From contig JBFGJG010000035.1 of assembly GCA_041577295.1 (NCBI GenBank), positions 1-42,065 on the forward strand: a stretch of DNA of 42,065 nt, written 5' to 3'. A program made the position numbers and the translations under genes. Positions within the stretch are counted from its first letter, which is position 1, and each line of letters begins with the position of its first letter. This document shows positions 27,217 through 36,380 of this stretch, piece after piece. Origin of the DNA: Gemmatimonadales bacterium (GTDB lineage: Bacteria; Gemmatimonadota; Gemmatimonadetes; Gemmatimonadales; GWC2-71-9). The notes below the pieces were generated by a model. The model had not been told where the DNA came from. It did no database searches and saw nothing but the letters and a program-made list of their open reading frames with translations.

Positions 27217-30200
27217 GTGTCTCTTGCAAAGAAAACACGTGCAGCGCCTGGTTGGGACCTTGGCTCCGAGTCGACAGAACACCTCGAGATCGACCCCGTC
27301 GGCCCGCGAATTGCCTCCTACGTCCCTCGAACATCTACGTCTCTGGTCACAGGACGGCGAATGACGCGCCCGTATTCGCTCGACAAGAGCGATAATCAGG
27401 GAGTCCACCCGCCTCTCCCTCGGGATGGGTCGGGTAGTTGGTTGCCGTCCCTCAAGCGCCTCGTCGGAGCCGAAAACGCCGACGGGCCTGCTGAAGGGGC
27501 GGCTGGCCGACGTACGTCCGCGTGGAACCAGGCCTATCTCTCCGGGCTGCGGGAGGGTCAACCGGCCCCCACCGCGGGCCCAGCTCCAGAGGCTCCCGAT
27601 CGCCGGACCGTCGTCGAGAGTCCTGCCCCCGCGCCACCGGAACCGATAGCGAAGCCGCCGACGCCCAGGGCAACGACCGCTCCGGCGCCCGAGGCCACCG
27701 CGCCACCGGAACCGATCGACACCACAGGCAACACAGAGGAGGCTTCGTCCAAGCGCCAAACTTCGTCTACTCGCGTAGCCAGCCTTCGCGCGCTGAAAAC
27801 GCTATCGACGCGCACAGGCATCCCGGTCGCCGATCTCTCAGACGACCCCACCCCGGAAGCCATCACCCTGGTCCCAGAGCAGGTCGCTAGGCGCTACAAG
27901 ATCGTCCCGCTCCAGGTGACGGATACTTTCCTCGAGATCGCGACGGCCAACCCGTACGACATCGACTGCGAGAACACCCTTGCGTTCGCCACGAGCCGGG
28001 AGATTCGACTGGCACTGGCGACGCCGCAGCAGATCGCCGAGAAGCTCGACGAGGTCTACCGGCCCGAGAGCGTCATCGATCAGCTGCTCCAGGGTATGGA
28101 CGCCGGCCCCGCGGTCACCCAGATCAAGGAGCGCGACGACGCGCAGGAGCTGACCGCGATCGCTCGCGAGGCGACGCTCGCTCCCGTGGTGAAGCTGGTC
28201 GACCACCTGCTCGCCGAGGGGATCAAGTCGCGCGCGAGCGATATCCACATCGAGCCGGAACAGCACGGCATCGCGGTCCGACTGCGGATCGATGGCGTGT
28301 TGCGTCAGGTCATGAACCTGCCGCGGCGCGTGGGTCTGCCACTGATCTCGCGCATCAAGATCATGTCGCGGCTCGACATCGCCGACCGACTCCGCCCGCA
28401 GGACGGTCGCGCCCGTGTGGCGGTGAACGGCAAGCCAGTGGACCTCCGCGTGTCGACCCTGCCAGCCGCGCTCGGCGAAAAGGTCGTCATCCGGATTCTC
28501 GACTCCTCGAAGACGATCCTCGAACTCGACAGGATCGGGTTCAATCCCGAAGAGGCAGAGGCGGTCAAGGACCTCCTGAGCAACCGAGACGGCGTCATCC
28601 TCGTGACGGGGCCGACCGGATCCGGGAAGACCACGACGTTGTACTCCGCCATCGGGCACATCAAGAACGAAGGCGTGAACATCATCACGGTCGAGGACCC
28701 GGTCGAGTACCGCCTCAAGGGAATCGTCCAGGTCCAAGTCCACGAGAAGGCCGGTCTCACGTTCGCCTCTGCACTGCGCTCGATCTTGCGACAAGATCCA
28801 GACGTGGTCCTGGTGGGCGAGATCCGCGACCGAGAGACGGCGCAGATCGCCGTGCAAGCGTCGCTTACGGGCCACTTAGTGTTGTCCACGTTGCACACCA
28901 ACGATGCCCCGAGCGCGGTGGCGCGGCTGCTCGACATCGGTGTGGAGGGTTACAAGATCGCGACGGCGCTGCGAGGTGTCTTGGCGCAGCGGCTGATGCG
29001 CCGGCTCTGCTCCGCGTGCAAAGACATCGCCTTGGAGCCGGTGCCACGAAAATTGCAACAGTGGGTTCCCGCCGAGGCAACCCACTACCGCGCCGTCGGG
29101 TGCCCGAAGTGCGCCATGACAGGGTATCGCGGTCGGTTTGGCATCCTCGAGGTCCTGCGCGTCACTCCCGACGTCGAGCACTGCATCGCCACGGGTCAGA
29201 CGGCCGATCGCATTGCAGCAGCGGCGCGCGAGACCGGGATGCTCTCGCTGTTCGAGAGCGGCCTGTCGCACGTGATGCGTGGTGAGTCCACCATCGACGA
29301 GCTCTTGCGGGTCGTAGACGTGCCGGATGTGAAGCCGCGCCGTGAACGGAAGCCCAAACCGGCTCCGGTTGAGGAGCCCGTGGAGCTACCGCCTGCGGCG
29401 GAAGCGCCAGTGGTCACCGCGCCCGCAGCCAGCGCCCCGGCCGCCCGAACCACCGGACCGAGAGCTGCTGCCGCGGCGCCGCGGGTCCAGTACCAGAGTC
29501 CGGCCGCCGAAGCCGCCGCGCCGGCACCCGAGCCGCCGCGAGCGACGTACCAGACTCCGGAGCCACCGACGCCTGAGATGCGATTCGCACACGAAGACAG
29601 CAACGGACATCAGCACCGCGATTCGCAGGGATCCGGTCAGCAGCACCACGGGAACATCCACATCGGTCCCTCGGGCCGCGACCCGGGGACGATGGAAGTA
29701 CGCCTGGATTCCGGACACGGGGTCAAGAGCGTACAGGTGCCCTCCGACGTGCGCGTCATGGTCGTGGTAGTCGAGTCGCCGCATCAGACAGCCACGGGCG
29801 CTGCTCCACAGATCATCCAGCCGGGTGCATCGTATCAGGCGCCGCCGCAGCCGCAGCCGTTCTTCCAGCCCCAGCCGATGATCCAGCCGTGGCCGCAGAT
29901 GCCGCCGCAAATGGCTGCGCAGTACAGCCATGCGATCTTCTATCAGCCCACGCCCATGCCGGGTCACTATCCCGGTGTATTCCAGTACGCTCCGTACGCG
30001 TGGGGTCCGGTGGGAATGGGACCGCTCTATCAGCCCACCCCCGGTTGGGGTCCGGCGGGCTACGGTCCACCGCCGCCGGCGCCCGGCTATCAGCAACCGG
30101 GTGTACAGTGGGTTTACAGCACCAATCAAGCACCACCGCCACCGCAAAACCCGGGTCCGGCACCACTGTATCAGCAGTCGACGTCGCCGCACCCGCCGCA

Positions 30201-30987
30201 GTACGCGCCGCCGCAGCAACCGGTGGGTGCGAGCGCGCGGTATGGCAACGGTCATGACGCGGGCAACTGGGCCCCGCCCCACGCCAACGGCGCGGCGAAC
30301 GGTTATGCGAACGGGGCGGCCAATGGCTGGAAACCCAATGGCGCTCCGCCACAGGCGAATGGGCATGTCAACGGTTACGCCAACGGGCATGCGAATGGAC
30401 ACGCCAACGGCCACGCCAATGGGTATGCGAACGGACACGCCAACGGCGCGGTTGGGCAGCCGCCGAACTGGTCCAAGCCCAACGGGACCTACCCACACGC
30501 CAACGGCGCGACGCAGCAATCACCGTCCGGCTGGGTAGCAAAACCCAACGGAGCCGTGCCCCACGCCAATGGTGCGGTGCACAAGCCGCCACCGGTGAAC
30601 GGCCATGCCAACGGCACCACCAAACGTCCACCAAAAGCGAACGGCGCGGCGAATGGCGCGGCGCACAAAGCCCCGCCAAAGCAGCCGATCGATCCCGGTC
30701 ACAACCGCCTGCCACCCAACGAGCTGTTGGAGCCCAACCAGCGTGACCGCCGCATGGCACAGCGCCGAAAGCTCTCCAGCTGGGGAGTGCGGGTGGACCG
30801 CCGGACCGGAACCGAGCGGCGCGCGTCATACGAGCGGCGTATCGCAGACCGACGGCGTCTCGCCAAACCCGTGGCGTTCGAGCGGCGTGGCCCCGCCGAT
30901 CGTCGCGATGGCGAGCGCCGGACGGGTATCAGTCGGCGGAGTGGTCTCGAGCGCCGGACGGATTTCGACCGCCGCAGCAGCCACTAA
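27217..30987 (+). CDS. GspE/PilB-family secretion/pilus ATPase with a long low-complexity C-terminal tail
   Basis: T2SSE-N-like domain, ASDIHIEP, PQDGR, Walker A GPTGSGKT, TVEDPVEY, Walker B LRQDPDVVLVGEIRD, His boxes TGHLVLSTLHTND, Zn site CSAC..CPKC; start uncertain (GTG 27217 or ATG 27361). Confidence 0.92.
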   Translation: MSLAKKTRAAPGWDLGSESTEHLEIDPVGPRIASYVPRTSTSLVTGRRMTRPYSLDKSDNQGVHPPLPRDGSGSWLPSLKRLVGAENADGPAEGAAGRRTSAWNQAYLSGLREGQPAPTAGPAPEAPDRRTVVESPAPAPPEPIAKPPTPRATTAPAPEATAPPEPIDTTGNTEEASSKRQTSSTRVASLRALKTLSTRTGIPVADLSDDPTPEAITLVPEQVARRYKIVPLQVTDTFLEIATANPYDIDCENTLAFATSREIRLALATPQQIAEKLDEVYRPESVIDQLLQGMDAGPAVTQIKERDDAQELTAIAREATLAPVVKLVDHLLAEGIKSRASDIHIEPEQHGIAVRLRIDGVLRQVMNLPRRVGLPLISRIKIMSRLDIADRLRPQDGRARVAVNGKPVDLRVSTLPAALGEKVVIRILDSSKTILELDRIGFNPEEAEAVKDLLSNRDGVILVTGPTGSGKTTTLYSAIGHIKNEGVNIITVEDPVEYRLKGIVQVQVHEKAGLTFASALRSILRQDPDVVLVGEIRDRETAQIAVQASLTGHLVLSTLHTNDAPSAVARLLDIGVEGYKIATALRGVLAQRLMRRLCSACKDIALEPVPRKLQQWVPAEATHYRAVGCPKCAMTGYRGRFGILEVLRVTPDVEHCIATGQTADRIAAAARETGMLSLFESGLSHVMRGESTIDELLRVVDVPDVKPRRERKPKPAPVEEPVELPPAAEAPVVTAPAASAPAARTTGPRAAAAAPRVQYQSPAAEAAAPAPEPPRATYQTPEPPTPEMRFAHEDSNGHQHRDSQGSGQQHHGNIHIGPSGRDPGTMEVRLDSGHGVKSVQVPSDVRVMVVVVESPHQTATGAAPQIIQPGASYQAPPQPQPFFQPQPMIQPWPQMPPQMAAQYSHAIFYQPTPMPGHYPGVFQYAPYAWGPVGMGPLYQPTPGWGPAGYGPPPPAPGYQQPGVQWVYSTNQAPPPPQNPGPAPLYQQSTSPHPPQYAPPQQPVGASARYGNGHDAGNWAPPHANGAANGYANGAANGWKPNGAPPQANGHVNGYANGHANGHANGHANGYANGHANGAVGQPPNWSKPNGTYPHANGATQQSPSGWVAKPNGAVPHANGAVHKPPPVNGHANGTTKRPPKANGAANGAAHKAPPKQPIDPGHNRLPPNELLEPNQRDRRMAQRRKLSSWGVRVDRRTGTERRASYERRIADRRRLAKPVAFERRGPADRRDGERRTGISRRSGLERRTDFDRRSSH
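30241..30660 (+). repeat. Coding degenerate 12-nt repeats encoding xANG/xPNG tetrapeptides
   Basis: HANG/YANG/AANG/KPNG units with 22 NG dipeptides; synonymous codon variation (AAC/AAT, GGC/GGT/GGA/GGG). Confidence 0.85.
30745..30975 (+). repeat. Coding [DE]RR arginine-pair repeats at the ATPase C-terminus
   Basis: 12 xRR units (10 are DRR/ERR), mostly spaced 5-6 aa apart. Confidence 0.85.
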
Positions 30988-31013
30988 CACCGGACACCAT
31001 CTCGCTCAGTAAC

Positions 31014-31043
31014 CAGAAGCGCCGGAGTGATCCGGCGCTTCTG
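31014..31043. terminator. Hairpin between convergent genes, probable bidirectional terminator
   Basis: Perfect 13-bp stem CAGAAGCGCCGGA/TCCGGCGCTTCTG with a GTGA (GNRA) loop; weak U tracts. Confidence 0.7.
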
Positions 31044-31048
31044 TCTAG

Positions 31049-32122
31049 CTAGCCTATTGTCTCCTCGAACAATCGATAGAAGTTCCCACCCAGGATTTTC
31101 TCGATCTCTCGAGCAGTTCTGCCGCGTTGCTCGAGCGCCCGACGAATCGTCTCCATCCGTCGCGGGTGGTTGAGCTCGGCAATGAAGAACGGCCAGCGAA
31201 AGGTCGCGGCCGTGACCGGACGGAGCGCCGACAGCTCGTCGATGAGCTTTTGCTTCTCCTCGTCCGTGTCGGGGATCCGGCGGTGCTCCCGGTCGCTGCC
31301 GATGCCAACGTGGTCGATCCCCGCCACATTGATCGCGTGATCGACGTGGTTCAGATAATCGTCGAGTGAGTTGCGCTCCTTGGGACCGAGATACGGGTTG
31401 ATCTGATAGATCCCAATCACACCACCCTTGTTGGCCATTTTCCGAAGTGCGTCGTCGGTCTTGTTGCGCGGGTGATCGTACACGGCCTTACAACCAGCAT
31501 GCGTGATGACCGGTGGTTTCGACGAAAAGGCAATTCCCTCCAGCGTCGTTGCCTCACCACAGTGCGAAACGTCGACCAGCATACGTAGCTCGTTCAATCG
31601 TTCGACGACCTCGATGCCAAACTTGCTCAATCCCGCATTGGTGCGTTCGAGACACCCATCACCCACGAGATTTCGCGTGTTGTAGGTGAGCTGCACGAGC
31701 CGGACTCCCAGCGCGTGCAGCACCTCGAGTCGGCTCAGGTCGTCCTCGATGGGGGTGGCGTTCTGCGTGTAATAGATGAGGCCGATCACGCCTCGTTGGG
31801 CGGCGCGGTCGAGGTCCTGGGTAGACACCGCCCGCGAAAGCCGGTCGGGATTGGCCGCGATATGTCGATCGTACGCCTCGATCTCCCGCCGCAGGTCGAG
31901 AAACGCCTCCGCGCCGTGGAGCGCGGGATTGCCTACCGTCACCACGCAACCGCGCATCCCGGTGGCGCGCACCTCGTCGAGCAACGCCATCTCGTAGTCG
32001 ATCCGGATTTCGCCGAGACCGTCGATGACCAGTGCTCGATCCTGCAATCGTGGTTGCACTCTCCAGGTACCCATCACGGCCGCTGCTGTTGTGGCCTGAA
32101 CAAACTCCCGTCGACTCACCAT
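31049..32122 (-). CDS. M19 membrane-dipeptidase-family protein with Tat signal
   Basis: MVSRREFVQ twin-arginine motif; QLTYN.RNLVGDGC, VDVSHCG, ITHAG, HPRNKTD, GIDHVGIGSD; start ATG 32122. Confidence 0.88.
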   Translation of the reverse strand: MVSRREFVQATTAAAVMGTWRVQPRLQDRALVIDGLGEIRIDYEMALLDEVRATGMRGCVVTVGNPALHGAEAFLDLRREIEAYDRHIAANPDRLSRAVSTQDLDRAAQRGVIGLIYYTQNATPIEDDLSRLEVLHALGVRLVQLTYNTRNLVGDGCLERTNAGLSKFGIEVVERLNELRMLVDVSHCGEATTLEGIAFSSKPPVITHAGCKAVYDHPRNKTDDALRKMANKGGVIGIYQINPYLGPKERNSLDDYLNHVDHAINVAGIDHVGIGSDREHRRIPDTDEEKQKLIDELSALRPVTAATFRWPFFIAELNHPRRMETIRRALEQRGRTAREIEKILGGNFYRLFEETIG

Positions 32123-32126
32123 GGCG

Positions 32127-33788
32127 CTACGGAAGCGCCTGGCGGTTGCGACCAAAGGTCTCACCGAAGAAGTCGCCGGGATTCCACCGTGGGCGTTGAG
32201 GATCGTTTGCCACCTCGTAGCCGATGAGAAAGACCGCCCGACTGAACACCGCACCCGACTCGAAGTGCATCGGTTGGCTCATGTCGTCCTTTGGCGAGTG
32301 ATAGATCGTGCCGAGCCAGCGCTGCACAGCCGCGAGGCCATCGACGCCCGGGTCGGTACTACCGAAACCGTTGATGAAGAACAAGGCCGGCACGCCGCGT
32401 TTGACGAATGGGTACTGGTCGCTTCTGATGAACAGCGTCTGCTCAGGCATGGGATCCGCGCTCACGGTTCTCCCAACCCGTGCGGCTCCCCGCTTGGCCG
32501 CAACGCCGAGCGTTGAGTGTTGATCGCCCAACGCGAGGATATCGTCCGTTGGGAACAGCATCATATTGCCGTCGATGTTGAGGTTGGCCACGACGTGCTC
32601 ACGTGGTACCGGAGGATATTCCGCGAAATAGTCGGCGCCCAAGAGCCCATGTTCCTCTGCGGCGGTCGCCACAAAGATCACGGAACGCTTGGGTCGCTTC
32701 GCGAGGGCGGCAAAGGCCTTCGCCGCCTCGAGGAGGGCGGCAACGCCGGACGCGTTGTCGAAGGCGCCGTTGTAGATCGAGTCCCCGTCCATCGGCTCGC
32801 CGATCCCTTCGTGATCGAGATGGGCGGTATAGACGACGTACTCATCCCGAAGTGTCGCATCGGAGCCCTCGAGCATGGCCACGACGTTCGGGCTCGAAAT
32901 CGCTTCATGACGGCTCATCACACGCAGCGCCACCCGCCCGGACAGATCGAAAGACCCGGGCCGGCCTGCTCGAGCCGCCTCGAGAACCCCGCGCAATGGC
33001 CTTGGGGCTCCGTTGAACAGGATCTCCGCACCCGCCATGTTCACGATGGCCCCGGCGCGCAGCGCGCGCGGCGAGCCCGCCGGAGAGCCGTCTTCTTCGA
33101 GCCACCGCAACGAACCGGTTCGCAAGAACCGCTGCAGGACGGGCCACGGAAGGCGCCGCTCGTACGCCGGGGTCCAGATGGCGATGAGACCAACCGCACC
33201 GTGAGACGCTGCAACTTCTGCTTTGGTGCTTCCGGCCGAATAGTGCGCGGCCGGATTCGTGCCGAATGCCAAGGGGGCGCCGCCTATAACCACGACCACC
33301 TTACCGGACGCATCGATATCGGCGTAATCGTCGTATCCAAATTCGGGCGCGGTGACGCCGTAGCCGGCGAACACGGCGGGCGCTGTAATGGCGCTCTCCT
33401 CATCCCAAAACCCTGCAGCGCCCAGATAGTGCTCCCCATGCAAAAGCGTCGTCACAACCACCCCGCTAGCCCACGTAAACGACGTGCTCTCCGGTATCAC
33501 CGTCGACTTTCGTAACGGCACGTCCTGGAAGAAGCTCCCCAAGGTGCTCATGGGTTCCAGTCCCACGGCCATGAACCGTGATGCGACGTAGTTGGCAGCA
33601 ATGCGATACCCTCGGCTGCCCGTGCCCCGCCCCTCCAACTCATCGCTGGCAAGAAACTCCATGTGCGCCCGAACGCCGTCCGCGCCAATGACCTCGGCGG
33701 CACGCAGTTCGGGTGATGGCGTTTGCGCGACGAGCGCCGACGCGGTCAACGTGACGGCGACGATGGACGCAAGGACCCGAAACGTCAT
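32127..33788 (-). CDS. Exported M28 peptidase with PA domain
   Basis: FLASDELEGRGTG, AHLDH, YNGAFDNASG, AEEHGLLG, NIDG, RSDQYPF, YHSPKD; start ATG 33788 (alternative GTG 33797). Confidence 0.92.
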   Translation of the reverse strand: MTFRVLASIVAVTLTASALVAQTPSPELRAAEVIGADGVRAHMEFLASDELEGRGTGSRGYRIAANYVASRFMAVGLEPMSTLGSFFQDVPLRKSTVIPESTSFTWASGVVVTTLLHGEHYLGAAGFWDEESAITAPAVFAGYGVTAPEFGYDDYADIDASGKVVVVIGGAPLAFGTNPAAHYSAGSTKAEVAASHGAVGLIAIWTPAYERRLPWPVLQRFLRTGSLRWLEEDGSPAGSPRALRAGAIVNMAGAEILFNGAPRPLRGVLEAARAGRPGSFDLSGRVALRVMSRHEAISSPNVVAMLEGSDATLRDEYVVYTAHLDHEGIGEPMDGDSIYNGAFDNASGVAALLEAAKAFAALAKRPKRSVIFVATAAEEHGLLGADYFAEYPPVPREHVVANLNIDGNMMLFPTDDILALGDQHSTLGVAAKRGAARVGRTVSADPMPEQTLFIRSDQYPFVKRGVPALFFINGFGSTDPGVDGLAAVQRWLGTIYHSPKDDMSQPMHFESGAVFSRAVFLIGYEVANDPQRPRWNPGDFFGETFGRNRQALP

Positions 33789-33830
33789 CTGAACCACCTC
33801 ATCTCGATGGAAAGCACCACCACACGCTCG

Positions 33831-34916
33831 TCATTGGGGAAAGAGGCTGTCATCGATCCCCGGGATGAGACGCACCGCGTTTCCGTAGTACAGCTTGCGA
33901 AGGACCTCGTCGGGGAGGTTTAGACCGTAGAGCTGCCAGAAGGCATGACGGCGCCGGTAGTAGTCGAAGTACTCGTCGGCGGTTTCGAGCATCCGGAAGT
34001 ACACGTGGTACTCTGTCGGCTCCCACGCATCTTTGCCAAACAGCACGCGGTCTTGATAACGAATCAAGAACTCGCGGGCGAATCGTGGTTGGCGACCCAG
34101 CTCCGCCAGCACCGCGCCAATCTCCACGTACATGTTGGGGAGTGAGTCGAGCAGCGCTCCGAGCCGGCCGAGGTCGTGGCCGAGCCAAGAGAGGTGCGCC
34201 GAGATGAACGTGGTCCGCGGATGCCGGCGAATCACGTTCCACTGCTCCTGCATGATCGTTTCCCAACTTGGCTCTGGAGGGCGCTTTCGGTTGGGCCGCT
34301 CAGTCAGCTCGAGCCACCGCTCGTTGAACCGATCGTACGGTTCCCAGAAGGGGGCGGGATCGCCGGTATGGATCAGCACGGGAATGCCAAGCTGTCCGGC
34401 TTTCGCCCAGATCGGATCGAGCCTGGGATCGTCCGTTTGCAACCGGTTGCCGGACTCGTCCGTGATCCACATGCCGAGGCTCTTGAAGATCTTGAGCCCT
34501 GCGGCGCCGTTGCGTACGTCATCCGCGAGCTGGGCAGCCGCGCGTTTTCCAAAGTCGGGATCGTCGATGTCATCGAAGTTCACGTTGGCAAACACGACGA
34601 ATCGCCGGGGATGCTGCCCTTTCATGTTCGCCACGATCTCTTGGAGTCGTGCTCCTGTCCTGCCGCTCAAGTTGACCATGACCGCCATGTTCATCGCATC
34701 CATTTCGCTGACGAGCATCGCCAGCGAGTCGGGCGGCATGAGGCCGTTCGGATGCGCGTGCACGTCCACGAAGGGGTACGCGGCGCGCGTGACCAGGTGC
34801 TCCGGCACCACGAGCGTGGAGCGCGGCTCGTACTCCCGAAAGGAAATGTCCTGAGAGAGCACAGTCGCGGGTAGGAACATGACGATCGGTGCGACGCAGC
34901 AAATCTTCCTGAACAC
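33831..34916 (-). CDS. Exported amidohydrolase (Amidohydro_2 family)
   Basis: VDVHAH, GLKIFK, IPVLIHTGDP, ISAH, DRVLFGKD, YYGNA; signal-peptide-like N-terminus; AAGGA RBS. Confidence 0.88.
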   Translation of the reverse strand: MFRKICCVAPIVMFLPATVLSQDISFREYEPRSTLVVPEHLVTRAAYPFVDVHAHPNGLMPPDSLAMLVSEMDAMNMAVMVNLSGRTGARLQEIVANMKGQHPRRFVVFANVNFDDIDDPDFGKRAAAQLADDVRNGAAGLKIFKSLGMWITDESGNRLQTDDPRLDPIWAKAGQLGIPVLIHTGDPAPFWEPYDRFNERWLELTERPNRKRPPEPSWETIMQEQWNVIRRHPRTTFISAHLSWLGHDLGRLGALLDSLPNMYVEIGAVLAELGRQPRFAREFLIRYQDRVLFGKDAWEPTEYHVYFRMLETADEYFDYYRRRHAFWQLYGLNLPDEVLRKLYYGNAVRLIPGIDDSLFPQ

Positions 34917-35042
34917 GCGGCATTCCTTTCTTTCGTGGGCAACGATGACCGGTCCAAAGATGGCATGGAGGAGCGATGGTCGCGAGGCGCACCCTGGTAC
35001 CGACTTGACGCCACGACGTTCCCGGCAACACCATCACGGACC

Positions 35043-36380
35043 GTGAGTTCCCCCTCCGTCGAACTACGCCGTTCGCTCGGCGTGATCCGAGCCACTGCCA
35101 TGGTCGTCGGGACGATCATTGGTGCATCAATCTTCGTCCAGCCCTCCGAGATCACGGGACAGGTTCCCTCTGCAGGCGGGATGTTTCTCGTCTGGGGTGC
35201 CGCCGGTGTTCTCACACTATTCGGCACGCTCGTGACGGCCGAGCTCGCTTCCGTGTTCCCCCGGGCCGGCGGCGTGTACGCATTCCTGAAAGAGGCCTTT
35301 TCACGGGAGGTCGGGTTTCTCTGGGGCTGGGCGATGTTTTGGAGCATGCACTCGGGAATCATAGCTGCAATCGCGATGGTGTTTGGACGGTACGCGGCTT
35401 TCTTCGTTCCGCTGAACGACATCGGCGTCCGAGCGTTCGCTATCGTGGCCATCATTGCACTGTCGGCTGTCAACTACATGGGCGTCAAACACGGAAGCAC
35501 CCTCCAGACAGCCTTCACCTTCGGCAAAGTTGGTGCGATCGCAGTGATCATCATTGTCGGGTTCGCGTTCGGCCCTCGTGCACCCCCACCACCGGGCGAC
35601 CTTATCACCCAGACGACCACCGCTCACGCCTTTGGCCTCGCGCTCATCGCTGGCTTGTTTGCGTTCGGCGGATGGCACATGGTCACCTACACCGCAGAGG
35701 AGACCATCGATCCCGAGCGCACACTGCCGCGGGCTCTCCTCGCAGGAATCGGGATCGTGACCGTCTGCTACATGCTCCTCAATGCGGTCTATCTCTATGT
35801 GCTTCCCCTGCCGATGGTAATCTCGTCAAGCCGCGTAGCAGCGGACGCGGCGGACGCAGTTCTCGGCACGGGCGGCGCGGCGTTTCTATCCGCTCTAGTG
35901 GTTTTTTCCACGTTTGGTGCGCTCAGCGGCATCGTCTTGGCTGGACCACGCGTCTACTTTTCGATGGCGCGCGACGGACTCCTCTTCGAGTACTTCGGCA
36001 AGGTTCACGGCCGTTTCCACACACCGCACCGTGCCATTGTGCTGCAGGCGGTATGGGCATCGGTCTTGGTTGCGACGGGTACGTATCGGGCGCTGTTTAC
36101 CCGGGTGATCTACACGGAGTGGATGTTCTTCGCGGCGATGGCGGTTGGCCTGCTGCTTCTGCGTCGTCGCACAGGTTATGCGCCCGCGTTTCGGGCTTGG
36201 GGGGGCGCGATCATTCCCGTGGTTTTCGTGATCGCCTCCGTCGCGATCGTCGTGAATCAGATGATCTCAGACCCCGCCGAGAGTGCCGTAGGGCTTGCCC
36301 TCGTGGCCGTGGGGCTCCCGGTTTATTTCGTATGGACTCGATTGACGACAAACCCGGAGCGCGCCCGTGAGAATCATTGA
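35043..36380 (+). CDS. APC-family amino acid permease
   Basis: LRRSLG, VVGTIIGASIF, AEL...PRAGGVY, LFAFGGW, EE..DPERTLP, PRVYFSMARDG; about 12 TM segments; start uncertain (GTG 35043 preferred). Confidence 0.92.
   Translation: MSSPSVELRRSLGVIRATAMVVGTIIGASIFVQPSEITGQVPSAGGMFLVWGAAGVLTLFGTLVTAELASVFPRAGGVYAFLKEAFSREVGFLWGWAMFWSMHSGIIAAIAMVFGRYAAFFVPLNDIGVRAFAIVAIIALSAVNYMGVKHGSTLQTAFTFGKVGAIAVIIIVGFAFGPRAPPPPGDLITQTTTAHAFGLALIAGLFAFGGWHMVTYTAEETIDPERTLPRALLAGIGIVTVCYMLLNAVYLYVLPLPMVISSSRVAADAADAVLGTGGAAFLSALVVFSTFGALSGIVLAGPRVYFSMARDGLLFEYFGKVHGRFHTPHRAIVLQAVWASVLVATGTYRALFTRVIYTEWMFFAAMAVGLLLLRRRTGYAPAFRAWGGAIIPVVFVIASVAIVVNQMISDPAESAVGLALVAVGLPVYFVWTRLTTNPERARENH

Noticed and set aside
30280..30450. 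12-nt repeats as a CRISPR array or VNTR
   Set aside because: No spacers and no cas genes; the repeats are in frame and vary at synonymous positions
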